A DNA stretch of 64,000 nucleotides from Lama guanicoe (Eukaryota), in contig MU053881.1 in the NCBI GenBank assembly GCA_013239625.1, forward strand, positions 9,447,957 to 9,511,956, written 5' to 3'. Position numbers and translations under genes: made by a program. Numbering within the stretch: the stretch's first letter is position 1; each line of letters begins with the position of its first letter. Positions 12,466 to 25,337 of the stretch are shown one piece after another. Below the pieces are notes generated by a model, which searched no databases, was not told the DNA's origin, and saw only the letters and a program-made list of their open reading frames with translations.

Positions 12466-13909
12466 AAGAAGCCATCACCTGAATTTACATGAAGTCAAAT
12501 TATTTAATAATACCATAACCCACAATGGACCCCCAACAGCCTAGCATTCTATAAGCAAAGACCCTTTCAAGTGGCCATGATGCTCACCTTTTCCTCTGTT
12601 CATCTGCGTCATCCTCTCAAGAAAGTCTTCACTAGCTTCCTTTGTGTTGGGCTCATGAAAGAGCTAGCTGTTTCAGATACTAAAATACTAGGCTGAAAAA
12701 GCTATTTACCCCATTCTCTGTCTGACCTTGCACTTATCTCGGGCATCCAAATGCTTAAGTACAATTTGATGATGATAACAAGTCTGTCTGCCAGTTGACT
12801 GGCTAAGCAAACGTCGGTAACATTCAATGTGCTAGATGTGTAAACTGCCGAAGAGATAATATGCAGATGGAAAAAAGATTCATGGCCTGGTGGCAGAATT
12901 GTTGCTTTCAAATTCACATCCAGTAGGGGAGGACACACAGGAAGCAAACAGGTAGAAACATCTTAACACCGTGCTTGCTTGGGTCAACGTGGCAACAATC
13001 CTGCAGTGAGATGGGCCCTACTCAAGATGCCAGTGAGGGCTTCTGTTCCTTTGCAGCTGCTGGAGGGATTGGAGGACGCGGCACACACTCCGTGGGAAAA
13101 CAGCCCAGAGCTTAGGAACAAAACACACACTACTCAACCGTCACATTTCCCAAGTCACTTATGAATATATTTCCATATGCAGTAACAGCCAAATTATTTC
13201 AATCATGCCCTCTCTTGTCTACCAAATCAGGATTTATACATCCCCTCCCCCCGAGCAAAAAAAAAGAAGAAGAAAGAAAGAAAGAAGGAGAGAGAAGCTG
13301 AGATATGGGTGGAGGTGAGAAAACATGCCCCTCAAGCTATCCTCAGGACTCCATAAATTTAACATTTCCATGCTCGCCTTATAGCCAAATGCCAATCTTT
13401 CCATTTCTTCTGCAAAAGAAATAACAATACTCCAAATATAAAAACACAGTCACTTTATTTTCAGACCAGTCCTTCAGCAAAATCAACCTGTGGGAGATCA
13501 TGAGACCTTCCGTTCGCATCTACAGGAGGCACTGTGACTACTGGGAATTCTGCCTTTGACCTGGTCCTGGTCACCAAAGCTACAGCGCCAACAGTGGAAA
13601 TATGTTTTTACTCTTCACTGGAAAAGAGGCAGAATTCCCAGGCATTTCTGACAGTTATATGAATCAAGAGAGTGGATACCAGAATGATGAAGGCTGGCAC
13701 AGAAAAAGGCATTATTGAAATATTAAAGAATTGGAAACACAGGACTGAGGGAATATGTATCATTTTAGCATATGGGGAATTAAAGTTAAAATCCAGGTAG
13801 GCTATATAAAAACTAGTGGGTGGGTGGGATCCAGAGAACTCTAGTTCGAGGTGAAAACACTGTTAATTCTCTGTCTCAATCTGCTCACTTTTCTCCTGGG
13901 CTCGAATAT

Positions 13910-14130
13910 TCAAGAGGTCAGTCTCTGACTCCACACACATGGATTTGAATTCCAGCTTGAACTCCTTTTGCTATCTGTGACCCTTGGGCAAAATTCTTAG
14001 GCTCCCTGCATCTTTCCTTTCTCCGCTGTGAAGTGAGAATGGCAACACTCACTTTTCTAGGATAGCACTGTAAGGACTAAGAGGGACCATTCGGTAACAT
14101 ATGGATGCAGCGCCTAATAGTCAGCCCTCA
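13910..14130 (+). mobile_element. MIR SINE
   Basis: ggatttgaattccagc...gctatctgtgacccttgggcaaaattctt...ctgtgaagtgagaatgg. Confidence 0.8.
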
Positions 14131-14804
14131 CGCCCGCAAGCAAGTCTGCAAAAATTTGTTCACTGACTCAAAACAAGAAGGCAGGGGGAAATGAGCGTGA
14201 ATCGACCAAAGTCATATGACTGGGTTGTAACAGAAGTGTGTTTAGACATAGTCGCACTCAGGAAACCTAGAGCCTCACGTCATACTCAGCAGGGGTCCCA
14301 GAATATCTTCCCAGGTGTGTATCTGAGACCAGAAGATGTACCTCCTTTAACCCCCTTTCCCACCAAGCTTTCTTAAGCAGCTATTGGGTCTGCAATTCTG
14401 CTCCTCGCCCCTCCCTGCTCATAGATCCCCTATGCCACCTTGCCTCCCCCAAAGCCAACCAGTGCACACACATTTCATCACTTAGGGAAAGCACTGGAAA
14501 GAGCTGGCAATTATACCCTGCTGTTCTTTTGCCCTGTCCTGTTAAGTTGTACCATTTTGGAATCTCGTGAGTGGCAGCTTTATTTAACTCTTCAAGAAAA
14601 GGAAGGAAGGAAGGCAGGCAGGCAGGCAAAGAAAAAGAAAAGAAAAAATAAAGGTGATTGTAAGCTCTTATCTTCTAGTGAGATGAGAGTTTTCTGGCAT
14701 ATAATTTCCAATTTCCTCAGTGAGACTATATGAAGGTACATTTGTTTGTAATTTAAAAATTAAATTTAATGTCTTAATAATCATGTTTTGAAACAAACAG
14801 CTTG

Positions 14805-14930
14805 ATGTACTATCATCCCATTTAAAAGATGAGGGAAACTTGGGCCCCCGGCCTGACGTCAAACAGCTGCTGAATGGCTGGAGCTGATTCTGAATCCAGT
14901 CTGATGCCAGAACAGGAGCTGTTCAACTCT
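14805..14930 (-). mobile_element. MIR fragment
   Basis: tatcatcccatttaaaagatgagggaaact...acagctgctgaatggctggagctg. Confidence 0.6.
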
Positions 14931-15329
14931 CCCCCCAGAGAATATTAAAGACACGGGAAACCCAGTGGACTCAGCTGTCTATTCCAGAGAGATGCAATGT
15001 GTTTCTTTCAAATTACAACAATTACAGGGTAACATAAAAAAAAAGAGAATTTATTCAGGACAGGCTACATCCATATATTTTCAAAAAAAGCAAAAAAAAA
15101 AAATCCCTGTGGGGGAAGATTAATCAAAGAGGGGTTTTGAAGGATATAAATACTGAGGCCTTAATATTTCAATTCATTATTTGTGACCTGCTTCCGCCAC
15201 AGAAGAGAGAAATGGTCCCCATACATATTCTGCCTAGGAAAACTATGTACTCTCTTCTCCCTGCCTTAATTCATGCTGCTCTCTGCCTGGATGGGGGGGA
15301 TGATGATGATGTGATGACAATCATTGCAG

Positions 15330-15535
15330 TAAGAGCTACCATTTATTGAAAGCTTACTTTGTGTCAGGACCTGTGCTAAGAATTGTATGTGTACGATTTC
15401 ACTGAATGTTGAGAACAAGTGATGAGGAGTAATGGCAACAGTGCTTCCCATTTCACAGATGATAGAGCTGAGATTTAAAGAGGTTAAGAAATACATTCAA
15501 AGTTACACATGCAGTACGTGGCAAAAATGGGACCA
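15330..15535 (-). mobile_element. MIR SINE
   Basis: agctaccatttattgaaagcttactttgtgtcaggacctgtgctaag...cccatttcacagatgatagagctgag...gaggttaag. Confidence 0.88.
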
Positions 15536-15603
15536 ATGATTAAGCACCATAACCTTTATGTCACATGTCAGACCCTTGGCTGCCCTACCCTCTTCACCCA
15601 AAG

Positions 15604-15796
15604 CTGTGATTCTTGAACTTTACTGAACATCAGAAGCAACTGGGAGGCGTGTCAAAACACAGATTTCTGTCCCACGCCTAGAAATTTTTACTCAATAAGA
15701 CTGGGAGGGGGAGGGCACAGGAATCTGCACTTTTTATAAATTCCCATGTGACTCGGATCTTCCGGTCCTGAGATCAGAGAACATGGCAAACCACGG
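15604..15796 (-). mobile_element. MER5A-like hAT-Charlie MITE
   Basis: aactttactgaacatcagaagcaactgggaggcgtgtcaaaacacagatt...gaatctgcactttttataaattcccatgtga. Confidence 0.75.
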
Positions 15797-16954
15797 ACCT
15801 CATAAAAATCTTCTCTGTCTTTGCACTGGTGAAATGGGACAAGCCTAGGACCAAACCCGCAGAGATCTTGTGAGGATTTAAAGAGCTAGTGCATGGAAAA
15901 CTCTTAGAGCTAGCAACCAAAGCAGAGGAAGCACTGTGGGGTCAAGCACACTGTGGGGCTGGTCTTTCCTGCTGTTCTTTTTATTGTATAAGGCCAAGTT
16001 CAAATTTTACTAAATAGTCTAGCCAGACTAATTCCTCTTTCTACATCCTAAAGTTGTCTTTGCACCACCCCACACCAGTGATTACAGTTATATTTTAAGT
16101 TGATTATATATAGATGTCTAACTTTCGTGATAAACTGTTACTATAAGGCAGAAAATGAACTGAATTTGGATTGTTCTCCCACTTTTCACAGTGCCTAGCA
16201 CACTGCTCCACAAGCATTTATCGAATTGTTTCTTGTTCGATAACGAAGTGACCCAAAAGCAAAGAGTGAAACTGGAGGAGATTTAAATTATACTATTAGA
16301 TTCAGTCTAGTAGAAGACGTAGTAAGATTCTTTAGGTCTCCTGATTCAGAGTCTTAACATCAGCCTTCAGTTTGTGGCACAGACTTAGATATAACCAAGG
16401 AAAAAAGAGATAAACAGCCAATGTAATTACAGTGACATAATGGTTAAACTTTTATAGTTGAGGGGAGCAGCAAATAGGGCTTTAAAAATCAAATTAAAAC
16501 TGTCATTCCACAACATTACGTTTCTAGAATTTTCATTTTTTAATATTAATGATTTTCTTCTCCAAAAAGGAACAAACAATGCTAATTCTACTGCTATGAT
16601 ACTGTTAATGAAGAAATAAAGAATAATTTATCATTGCATAATTAACACAGTACAGTTAAGCATGTTTTAATGATTTTGTATAATGGCCCCTCATAACTAG
16701 GTGATCCTTGTTAGTCATAGTGGGGGGGGGGGAAGAACTACACTAGGAATCATTAATGAAGATGGATAAACTGACCAGGATTTTATTTTATTCTTTTATA
16801 TAAAGTGTTTACAAGATTTCTTGGTGTATTTTCACAGTGGTTTATTCCTGAATCTGTAGGTGACCAGATGGTTAGCAAAACTCAAGAAATGAAAGGCTGA
16901 GAAATAAAAGGCTAAGCATGAAACCCATGCAAATCAACAGGCTTTCTTCTTTGC

Positions 16955-17063
16955 TTCCAAATGGTACCAACTTTCCAAATGCCATCAACTCTTTTCTTCC
17001 CAAATGGTACAAACCCTTATCTTTACACATGGTACCAACTCATCTTTATAAATGGTACCAACT
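16955..17063. repeat. Degenerate minisatellite, five 18-25 bp units with core aaatggtaccaact
   Basis: ttccaaatggtaccaact / ttccaaatgccatcaact / cttttcttcccaaatggtacaaacc / cttatctttacacatggtaccaact / catctttataaatggtaccaact. Confidence 0.85.
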
Positions 17064-17811
17064 CTTGGCTGTCACGTTAAACTTTGAAAGTGGGAGAATA
17101 TTGTTACCTTTAGCCATTTATAATACCTTCTATTTATCAGATGTAATGAGGCTATTTACTGAAGTTTTCTATTCAAAACATTTCAGGGACCAGGAGCTAT
17201 AAGGAGAGGAAAAAAATCTAAGACCATGAATAAAGATGATAATAAACATGATCTTACAGCTACTCTTTCTTCTAATGCTGTTAACAAAAATAGACATATG
17301 CATTATTGAAGGTTGTATCTATAAGGAAGTGCTGTAAAAATTTCAACATCTACATCCAATCAAAGTAGATGCATAATTCAAGTTTGAGTTATTGGCTGGT
17401 TGGGGAGTAAGAGGGTGGGGGTGGACAGAGTTACATTCTGCCCACTGGAAAGATTTTGAAAAAGTGACCCACATGGCCATATCCAGCCTGAAGACACTTA
17501 TCTACTTGAATAACATATTATTTAAATCCTGTTTTAGTTAATGCTCAACATATGCAAATTGAGAAATTACTCAGAAAAAAATATATATTTCCAGCTGCTC
17601 TTTAGAAGTCAGGTCGTGCACCAACACTGCAACATACCATCTTCAGAAGATCGCTGGGGGCTCTCCCCTTTCAGCAGGGACTTGCGTCTCCAGAGCTGTA
17701 GTTTCCAATATTCTCTGTTGTCTGACACTTAGTCCTACTTCATCGTTTACATTCCTGCTCAACCCCTGTTGTCATTTACATGTTTGACTCTGGTTTCCTG
17801 TATCTCTAACG

Positions 17812-17997
17812 CAGTGGCTCTCAAAGCACGGTCCCCAGACCACAAGCATGGGCATCACCTGTGAATCTGTTAGAAATACAAATTCTCAGCCCTACCCCAG
17901 GCCTACTGAATCAGAAACTCTGGGGATAGGACCCACCACTCTGTGTTTAATAAGCCCTTCAGGTGATTCGATGCCTGTCCAAGTCTGAGAACCACTG
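17812..17997 (+). mobile_element. Full-length MER5A MITE
   Basis: TIRs cagtggctctcaaa...tgagaaccactg; internal tgttagaaatacaaattctc and ctactgaatcagaaactctgggg; decayed 8-bp flanks ctctaacg / gtctagca. Confidence 0.93.
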
Positions 17998-18499
17998 GTC
18001 TAGCACATTCTTCTTGCGTATCCAAGGCTTCAGACGCTTATTTATTCCTGCCTTACTTTCATTTCCAGAAGCCTGTGAAGGATCAATAACAGTGGAGACG
18101 TGAGTAAAAAAACCTTTTTGTTCTTGTCAGCTGCAGCAAATATTTTACTGCACAAATTGAAACAGAGACAGAGGGTAATCTCGCGAGGAAAGCCACAATC
18201 CCCTTTTACTCAGGTTTTCTGTATTTCAGCTGAAGTTTTAATAGAGAGTTAAGAATACAAAGTTTCATCCATGTCTATACATATTTCTAAATAGGAAGAC
18301 GGCCTGAGCTTTCACGACAGAAGGAAGCTAAGAGAGGGAGGAAGAGCCTGTTTTGGGCACCACAGAATTCTAAACCAGAAAGTCCAAGACAGAAATGCTT
18401 TTGGAGCACTTGCACCTCACTGCCTCTGCCTTCTCGTAGGCCAAGCACAGATCCAAGGGCAGGGGACCACGCAAGGTGGTTCATTTGAGAGACAACGAT

Positions 18500-18682
18500 G
18501 CAACACACCACCAGAGTACCTGAGACCCTGAATTGACATCAGGAGCCCACTTCTCTGAACTTTTTGTTACATGAGAAAATTTAACCTCTTTTTTTTGTTG
18601 TTGTTATTTTGTTCTGTTGTTTGTTTTAAGATCTCTTATTTGTGTTTTCTTTCACTTGCAGCTTAACACATTCCTAACTGAT
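18500..18682 (+). mobile_element. MLT1 LTR 3' fragment
   Basis: actttttgttacatgagaaaat...tgttttaag...ttttctttcacttgcagcttaacacattcctaactgat is a typical old MLT1 3' end. Confidence 0.72.
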
Positions 18683-19444
18683 TTGGACATGACATCCACC
18701 ACATACATGGAAAAGGAGAGCAAATATTGCATACAAAGAAAACAATGAAACACACTATCTCCTATGGTTAGCTACTTAATTAGACTACGTAATTTCTTCT
18801 CGGTTTTCTTAGTACTATGAGTATCAAGTTTCAAAGGGTGTTCCTTGCTTCTTGCTTTATGAAATAAGGAAAACAAAGGGGTGTGTGTCTCCTTCACCTA
18901 GCTTGGCATCATGATTTCATTAACCTTGCTTACCTAAGATCTGTCTTTACCTTTTAAAATTTAAGAGTATAATCCTTGGAATCTAGTCTCATAAAAATTG
19001 ATTCTCGAGGATCTTAACTACTGTCCTTTGGATTTCTTCTAGCTTCTTTTTATTATTCTTGACTTGTTTTAATTACTACATTACTCTCCATTTAATGTAC
19101 CGAATGCATTTTTCTATTCCACTTATGACATATTTACAACCTTTCACTGGTCCATTTAACCTACAAGACAGACTTCAGGAAAGAATTTATATTAATCACA
19201 AACCCTTTCTTGATTCATCTTGTAACATCTTTCTGGGTCTTCTCTGCTTCCTTTTCATAATTTTCTATGCTTAAGCTCTTCATTTTTTCAGTTGCCTGGA
19301 TTCCTTCTTTGCTTTGCCTCATTTTGGCAATTCACTCATAGACAATATTAGATACCTCTTATGATTTGATCCTTTATTTACAAATGATGTGTTCCTCACT
19401 AATTCTTGTCCCAGCAAAACAAATAGGCTATACTTAAAGATTTA

Positions 19445-19665
19445 GCTACATGGATATGTGCTGCAATACTGTTTATAGAAACTAAGTTTTTGCAAATGAC
19501 TGGCTGTTGAAAACTAGGAGAATGAACTAATCAATTGCAATACTTCACACAATAAAATATTTCATAACCTTCAAATGGAATACAATGATACGTATCAGTA
19601 TGTAGATATATTTAGTGGGAAAAGCAGGTTACAAAGCATTATATAGGATATGATCTTATTTTATG
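19445..19665 (+). mobile_element. Old L1 (L1ME-like) fragment
   Basis: tgcaatactgtttatag...aggagaatgaactaatcaattgcaatac...agtgggaaaagcaggttacaaagcattatatagg. Confidence 0.6.
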
Positions 19666-20431
19666 GTGGGGTAGTAGGGAAAAGTTGTACTATCTTTTTT
19701 GCATATTCTATTTTATCTGTATAACCTAATTTATTGATACAGTGCCTTAAGCTCTTCCATCAAAATCTTAATCTATATGCCTGTCAAAGAGAAAGATCCC
19801 ATCTCAGCACAGTGATGCATGAGAAAGAAGCACAACTTTAACACTGAGTATATTGAAGAAAAATGTACATATCTTTACCGAAATGTTTTCAGAGTCTATG
19901 AAGGGATTAATGGAAAATTGCATCTCAGGATGTTCAACAAACCTCCTTATCTTTTCGCACAGTAAAACTTCCCAGAAAGTTGCTTTACCACTTCATCTCC
20001 CCGAATCTCACACCACATAGCAGCCACTCCGTTTTTACTTTTCTTTCTCCTAAAGCCCTCCAAAACTTCTCTCCCTGTCTCCACATTAGTTTCCCTCTTT
20101 GCTTAATGGCTCCTTCCCTTCCTGGCTACTTTCTCACTAAGCACAGTAATCTAAATGGGGGGATCCTCTTTCTGCGTACTCTACTTGTTCCTCCTCGTAT
20201 TTTGACAGAGAACAAGCCAAACAAAAGACCCTCTTCAATGGTGTGGTCCAAAGAGGTTAGGAGGCAAAAGGATCAATTGTATTGGTTTTTCAACATTTAT
20301 GTTATATTTTACTAATGTTTCTTTATAGTACATTATACTTTGAGGTCAACACAATAATTTGAGTCCCAATTACATCTTTTGCTTCCCTTATATATTTCTG
20401 AAATAAAAAGGTCTGAATATTTATTTATATT

Positions 20432-20487
20432 TGTGTGTGTGTATGTATATATATATATATATATATACATAGACACACACACACACA
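20432..20487. repeat. Compound (TG)n-(TA)n-(CA)n microsatellite, near-palindromic
   Basis: tgtgtgtgtgtatg(ta)n catagacacacacacacac. Confidence 0.9.
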
Positions 20488-21974
20488 GACATCTATAAAC
20501 ATCTATTAATTTTATAATAAGTAAAAACCAAAAGATAGATGACAGCAGAAACTCCCTGGCAGTTATCACTACTGCCATTGCTCAGCTAATCTAAGTACCC
20601 ATCACCTCTACCCTTTGTAGCTTTGGATCAGTGGCTCGTGACCAAGCACAGCTCGATCACTGCCTTTCATTTCTCAGGTGGTAACACTTGGAGAACTCCC
20701 ACTTCTTCCTCAGCGTTTTACCGTCACCCGTTGTCAGGGGTTGCAAACCCTGGACTCCTGCTCTCATGTGCAGCCAGGCATTCTGGGAATACCAAAACCT
20801 TATAAGCAGTATGTAGCCCATTCACTGGCACCTCATGCAATGCAAGTGGGCTGGCTCCAGAAAACACACCCAAAGGCACTTCATCATTTAGAGGGTGGGC
20901 ACCACTTTGAGTAGGGTCACATCCAAAAACCAAAAACCAAAGCTAAACCCCAACAAATGCATAATGAGTGGGAATAAAGAGGATTGAATAAAACAGCCAT
21001 CACAAGCCTCATCAAGTTCCCCGAGACATTTTACAAACCACCGTCAAAAACTCATTGTTTCCAAACATCTCTTTAATAATCCAGAGTTCCAGACAATTCT
21101 GGGGAGAAATGCAACTCTGGCAGCATGAATCCCAATAGCACCCCTGTATATCCAACAAAGAACAGGCATCACAAAGTGAAAATAAAACTTAAACCACATC
21201 AAATCTCCACTTTCCAACACATGCACCTCAGAGCTACCGTTTCATTTAAATCAACATGACATATTCTTTATTTTCTACTTGGAGGTTTTACGCCTTAACT
21301 GAAATGGTCTATAATTTCTTGTTCTCCCAGAACTTTTACTCCTTGTAAGTGGACAAACATCAAACACATGTAATTGTAAAAATCAAAGCAATAAATAATT
21401 GAAATCTACGGTTCCATACAAGAAAGAATTGATAATACATGCCAATGGTTTGCCTGAAACTCACAGAAAAACATGCCAGGAAGAAGAAGGGGACTGGAGT
21501 TGATAATCGGCTTGTCATTCCTAATTAGCACTGATTCTCTTAACCATTTCATTCATTCTTGCAAAAGTAAGTGCTTTTAAATGGAAAACATGCCTTAAAT
21601 AAAGAACATGGCTTTTAGCAATCACCCTTTGGAAGCAGGACCTTCCTAATGGTGTAATTTCTGATACATTAAATAGAAGTCTTTATTACTATCATCTGGA
21701 AAAAATTAAAGATTTTACTCTTTACTTTATCCTAAATGTAAGGGAAATGACAAAGGAATAAACTTTGCCACTCAAGAGTTCCCAATTTGCAAGTGTCAAT
21801 AAATACTATTAAATTTTTTTTTCGTGGTTCTCCATTTCTTTTGCAATTTGACTGACGCAGACATTAAGATTTTGAATGCAGAGCTCAAGACACCAGAAAA
21901 GATCTTTCAGGAACACAGAATATTTACCCACACGGAACAAACAAAGAGAAATCAATTCTTAGCAGGTACAAATG

Positions 21975-22430
21975 GTTTCTTATTGCACTTGGGATAAAAT
22001 CTAAACTGTGGCCTATGAGGAACTTGGTCTATAATCTTCTGTTCTCACACCTTCTGCCATATTGACTACACTCTAGACAAAGGGTCTTCTTTCTGTTCCT
22101 TGCACTAGCCAAGAACACTGCACATAGTGCCTTAGCACTTGCTGCTCCCTGTTCCCAGAAGGGCCTGTCCTCAGAGCTATGTCTGACTGCCTCCTTGCCC
22201 CCATGCAGGCTTCAGCTCACATGCCCCCTACAAAGAAGGACCTTCCCAGATGGTCTTATCCAAATTCAACACTCACTCTTTACTTCCTGTACCCGGATGT
22301 TACTTCGTCAGCAGTAGTCATCACTCTCCCTCATAATACAGTTTTATTTTTTCCTGTTTATTGTTGAGATTCCTCCTCATTTTCTGGATAATGTCCATGA
22401 AGGGAAGAGCCTTATATTTCTTGAGTCCAA
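21975..22430 (+). mobile_element. L2 LINE 3' region
   Basis: gataaaatctaaact, tctttctgttccttgcac, gccttagcacttgctgctccctg, aggcttcagctcacatg, gaccttccc, tccatgaagggaagagcc. Confidence 0.8.
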
Positions 22431-23469
22431 TAAACCTTTGCAGACTGCGTTAGAGAAGGTGGAGAAATTTAAGACAAGGGCTGGTTAATTGGCTGACCCA
22501 GATAGAATCTACTCCACCTTGGAAGTTGGATAGCTGGATGAAGGAGCGACTTTGGCACAAATGCATAATCGAGAGCTCCCATTTCATCTCCACAGGCTGC
22601 ACAGCAGGGAAGAGAGTGCTTTCTCTGTGCATTCAGCACTAGACATGGTTCTGACACGAAGCGCTTTCTTCCTGGGCTTTGTTTGAAGACTTTGAAGAAG
22701 GCAACTCTAGGTGGGAAAGGTCTGAAGAAGGCAGCTGTTCCCGAAGCTGCCCTTTCTCTCTTTTCCCCCTGTATCTCCCTGGTTCTGAACACTGTGTGAT
22801 CCCTGGAAGCTCAGAAGTCCGTGGTCACCACGCCAGCTGATCTCTAGGAGTGTAAATGGTTCTTTTGTCAATCCTCACTGAAGTGTAGAAAATGGCTTTT
22901 CTTTTTTTCCATATGTCAGTCAAGCAATTTATACTAAATATCTCAGAGGAAGGAAAACCAAGAGATAAAAGAGTTTACCAACTTGACTTCAAATTGATTT
23001 GGCAGGCAAGCTTTAAACGTGCCTATCCAAGTTCCGCTCTTTTGGATCAGTCCCATCTGAGATAGAAAAATTGGACATCACCGTTATAGCAGAATCTTCA
23101 GAGTTTTAGCTCACAGCAAATTTGGATTGTTGTTAATTCTGGGGTATTGGTTGGAAGACAGAGATTCAGCAAGTATCTGCAGAGCACAACTATGCACTAA
23201 ACATGGCCTTAGACAGCACGTGATTGGCAGGATTTGGGGACAGGGAGGTAACTGATTATTCTTACACTAGTCACCCTAAAGAGTAAAGGAGAAAATATTT
23301 CTGTCTTCACAGATGCTAAAACATCTTTAAAAAAAAAAACTTAATCTCCACTTTTGGCTTATGAAAAAAAAATTATTTGAGAAATAGGCATTGATAGCTA
23401 TTTTAAGACACAAAACATGAGACTCAGATCTAAGATTTAATTTCTAAAAATCATTTTCACATTGCCAAT

Positions 23470-23630
23470 ATTTAATTCCTCTGACAACTTTGGGAGGTAA
23501 GTTGCTTCTTTTGTTTCTGGTTTTCGTCTTCCTCGTTAAAATGTTGAATCGAAGACTGAAAGAGGTGAAGACATTTATCCAAGCCTATAAAGCTATGAAG
23601 TCAAAACCAAGGTCTCCCAAACTTTGCATC
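23470..23630 (-). mobile_element. MIR fragment
   Basis: tttaattcctctgacaactttgggaggtaa...gactgaaagaggtgaagacatttatccaag. Confidence 0.55.
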
Positions 23631-23904
23631 CATCACGTTGTCTATGTGGTCATGAGACAACAAGATGATGTAATGTTACACTTACTGGAATTTGTTCCCA
23701 CAGAGCTGTGACATGTGAGACCAGAATCAAGCATGCAGCTGAACATATGTAAGATACTTGTGAAAAAAATGAAATGTTAAAGTATTGCCTTGGCATAGGG
23801 GACTGGGTTATGTCTACTCAAAAAGTGATGTGAAGGCAAAAAATCAGGCTGGGTTAAGGATGCCCAGGATCAACGTGCTGCTGAACCCATCGAGTGGGGA
23901 TCCC

Positions 23905-24306
23905 GTGCTGCTGACCTAACGTCCCGTTCTCCTTTTCTGCCTTGGTGCACGTTTGGACTGTCTTTCACCATCTCCTTTGCAATTAGGTGTCGCTGTATAA
24001 CTGAGATCTACTATCAACAGAAAGAGAGAAGAAGTGATGTGGACCATATCCAGGCACAATCCATAAAAATCTCCTAGATGCTTCTCCATGTTCCTTTCCC
24101 AAGACAGCTGGTCCAAATGAAGATGACCTTAGAAGATATACATTAAAGATAGCTGATTATCTACCAACCTGGGTCCCCTCTCCCTCCAAATGGTGGTGTG
24201 ACAGAGAACCACTCACGGCTGTTCACCTGTCTCCTACAGTTATTGAGAAATGTATGCTTTCTTTGAGCTGCTTCACAACAGCGGTTGGCTGACATTAGCA
24301 GACACA
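23905..24306 (+). mobile_element. MLT1 (H/I/J-like) solo LTR
   Basis: ctcctttgcaattaggtgtcgctgtataactgag...gaagtgatgtggaccatatccaggc...ccataaaaatctcc...aacctgggtccc. Confidence 0.75.
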
Positions 24307-25198
24307 GCTAGATTCCATCATACTTGTTGAACTATTTTAAAGACAAATATTTCCCCAAGTTTGGGGCTCAGCATCTCATCCTCCTCAATATCACCATAGT
24401 ACTTCTATTCTGTAGCTTTCTTAGCTTCTGCAAAGCTCTCCCTAACCTCCATAAGGATATTTCATAGCTCTCCAAAATGTTCTCTTTCGGATTTCAGAAG
24501 CATAGAGCAAATTAACCTTGTGAACTTTTACTTGAGCAGATGCCAGGAGAAGTCCATCACACTAGGTCCCCCAAGAAAGGCCTGACCTTGGCCCTGAATA
24601 CATCTCTCTACCTTGCTTAGTTTTCCTGAGCAATCTTTGCTGAGAAATTTTTCTACATTCCAAGTGTGGATAAAGCTTCATCGCTCATGATGCCAAACTG
24701 AGATGCGCCTTGGCATATGGTAGGTGTTCAATAAATATTTATCAACTACTATTTCTCCTGTAGGTCTTTAAGGGGTAGAATTAGACTTCCAATGCTATAA
24801 CTTTGCATGTCAAAACAACATTCTACCCGAAGTAAAGCTGACACACAAAAATCTCAAAAATTTATGCAAAGGGAAAAGTGTCATTGCTTCACTGAACCAC
24901 AGTCCCAAGTCAATGTGATTCTCTTAATCAAACAGAGAAACCTTAGGCAAAATTTATAAGGTCAACGAGACGTCATCCATCTCCTACTAAGACGAGGTGG
25001 GCTCAAACACTTGCCTATTTTTCAGTACCCGTGTGGAGTGCACACTGGATGTGATAAACTTGCCTGAATGAGCTCATCAGAAAGCAGTGGAAGAGCCTTC
25101 ACTTGTGTCCACTCTCCATCAAGAAGATTAAATGTAATATTACTTCTTGATCCCTTCTAATTTTAACTGAATGAGACAATAAAAATACCATCTAAGTT

Positions 25199-25337
25199 GG
25201 GGGAGAGTGTAGCTCAGTGATAGAGCACATGCTTGGCACACACGAGGTCCTGGGTTCACTCCCCAGTACCTCCATTTAAAAAATAAACAATAACCTAATT
25301 ACCTTCCCCTCCAAAAAATAAATAAATAAATAAATAA
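25199..25337 (+). mobile_element. Vic-1-type camelid SINE (tRNA-Ala-derived head)
   Basis: Head ggggagagtgtagctcagtgatagagcacatgcttggcacacacgaggtcctgggttcactccccagtacctcca resembles tRNA-Ala(AGC) with A/B boxes; body aacctaattacct; (AAAT)n tail; TSD aaaataccatcta (25182-25194) / aaaatatcatcta (25341-25353). Confidence 0.9.

Noticed and set aside
13378..13409. Minus-strand strong acceptor (ttatttcttttgcag) followed by a 32-nt segment
   Set aside because: Only a weak non-canonical GC donor (AAG|gcgagc) follows, and the peptide is unrecognised.
16955..17063. CRISPR-like array
   Set aside because: Mammalian context, degenerate repeats, no unique spacers of regular length and no cas genes.
21305..22046. 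Imperfect 22-bp direct repeat tggtctataat....tgttctc at 21305 and 22025
   Set aside because: Three mismatches, the second copy lies inside an L2 fragment, and there is no insertion signature between them.
25199..25274. tRNA-Ala gene
   Set aside because: Mutated A/B boxes and anticodon region, followed by a SINE body, (AAAT)n tail and TSD, so it is a SINE and not a functional tRNA.
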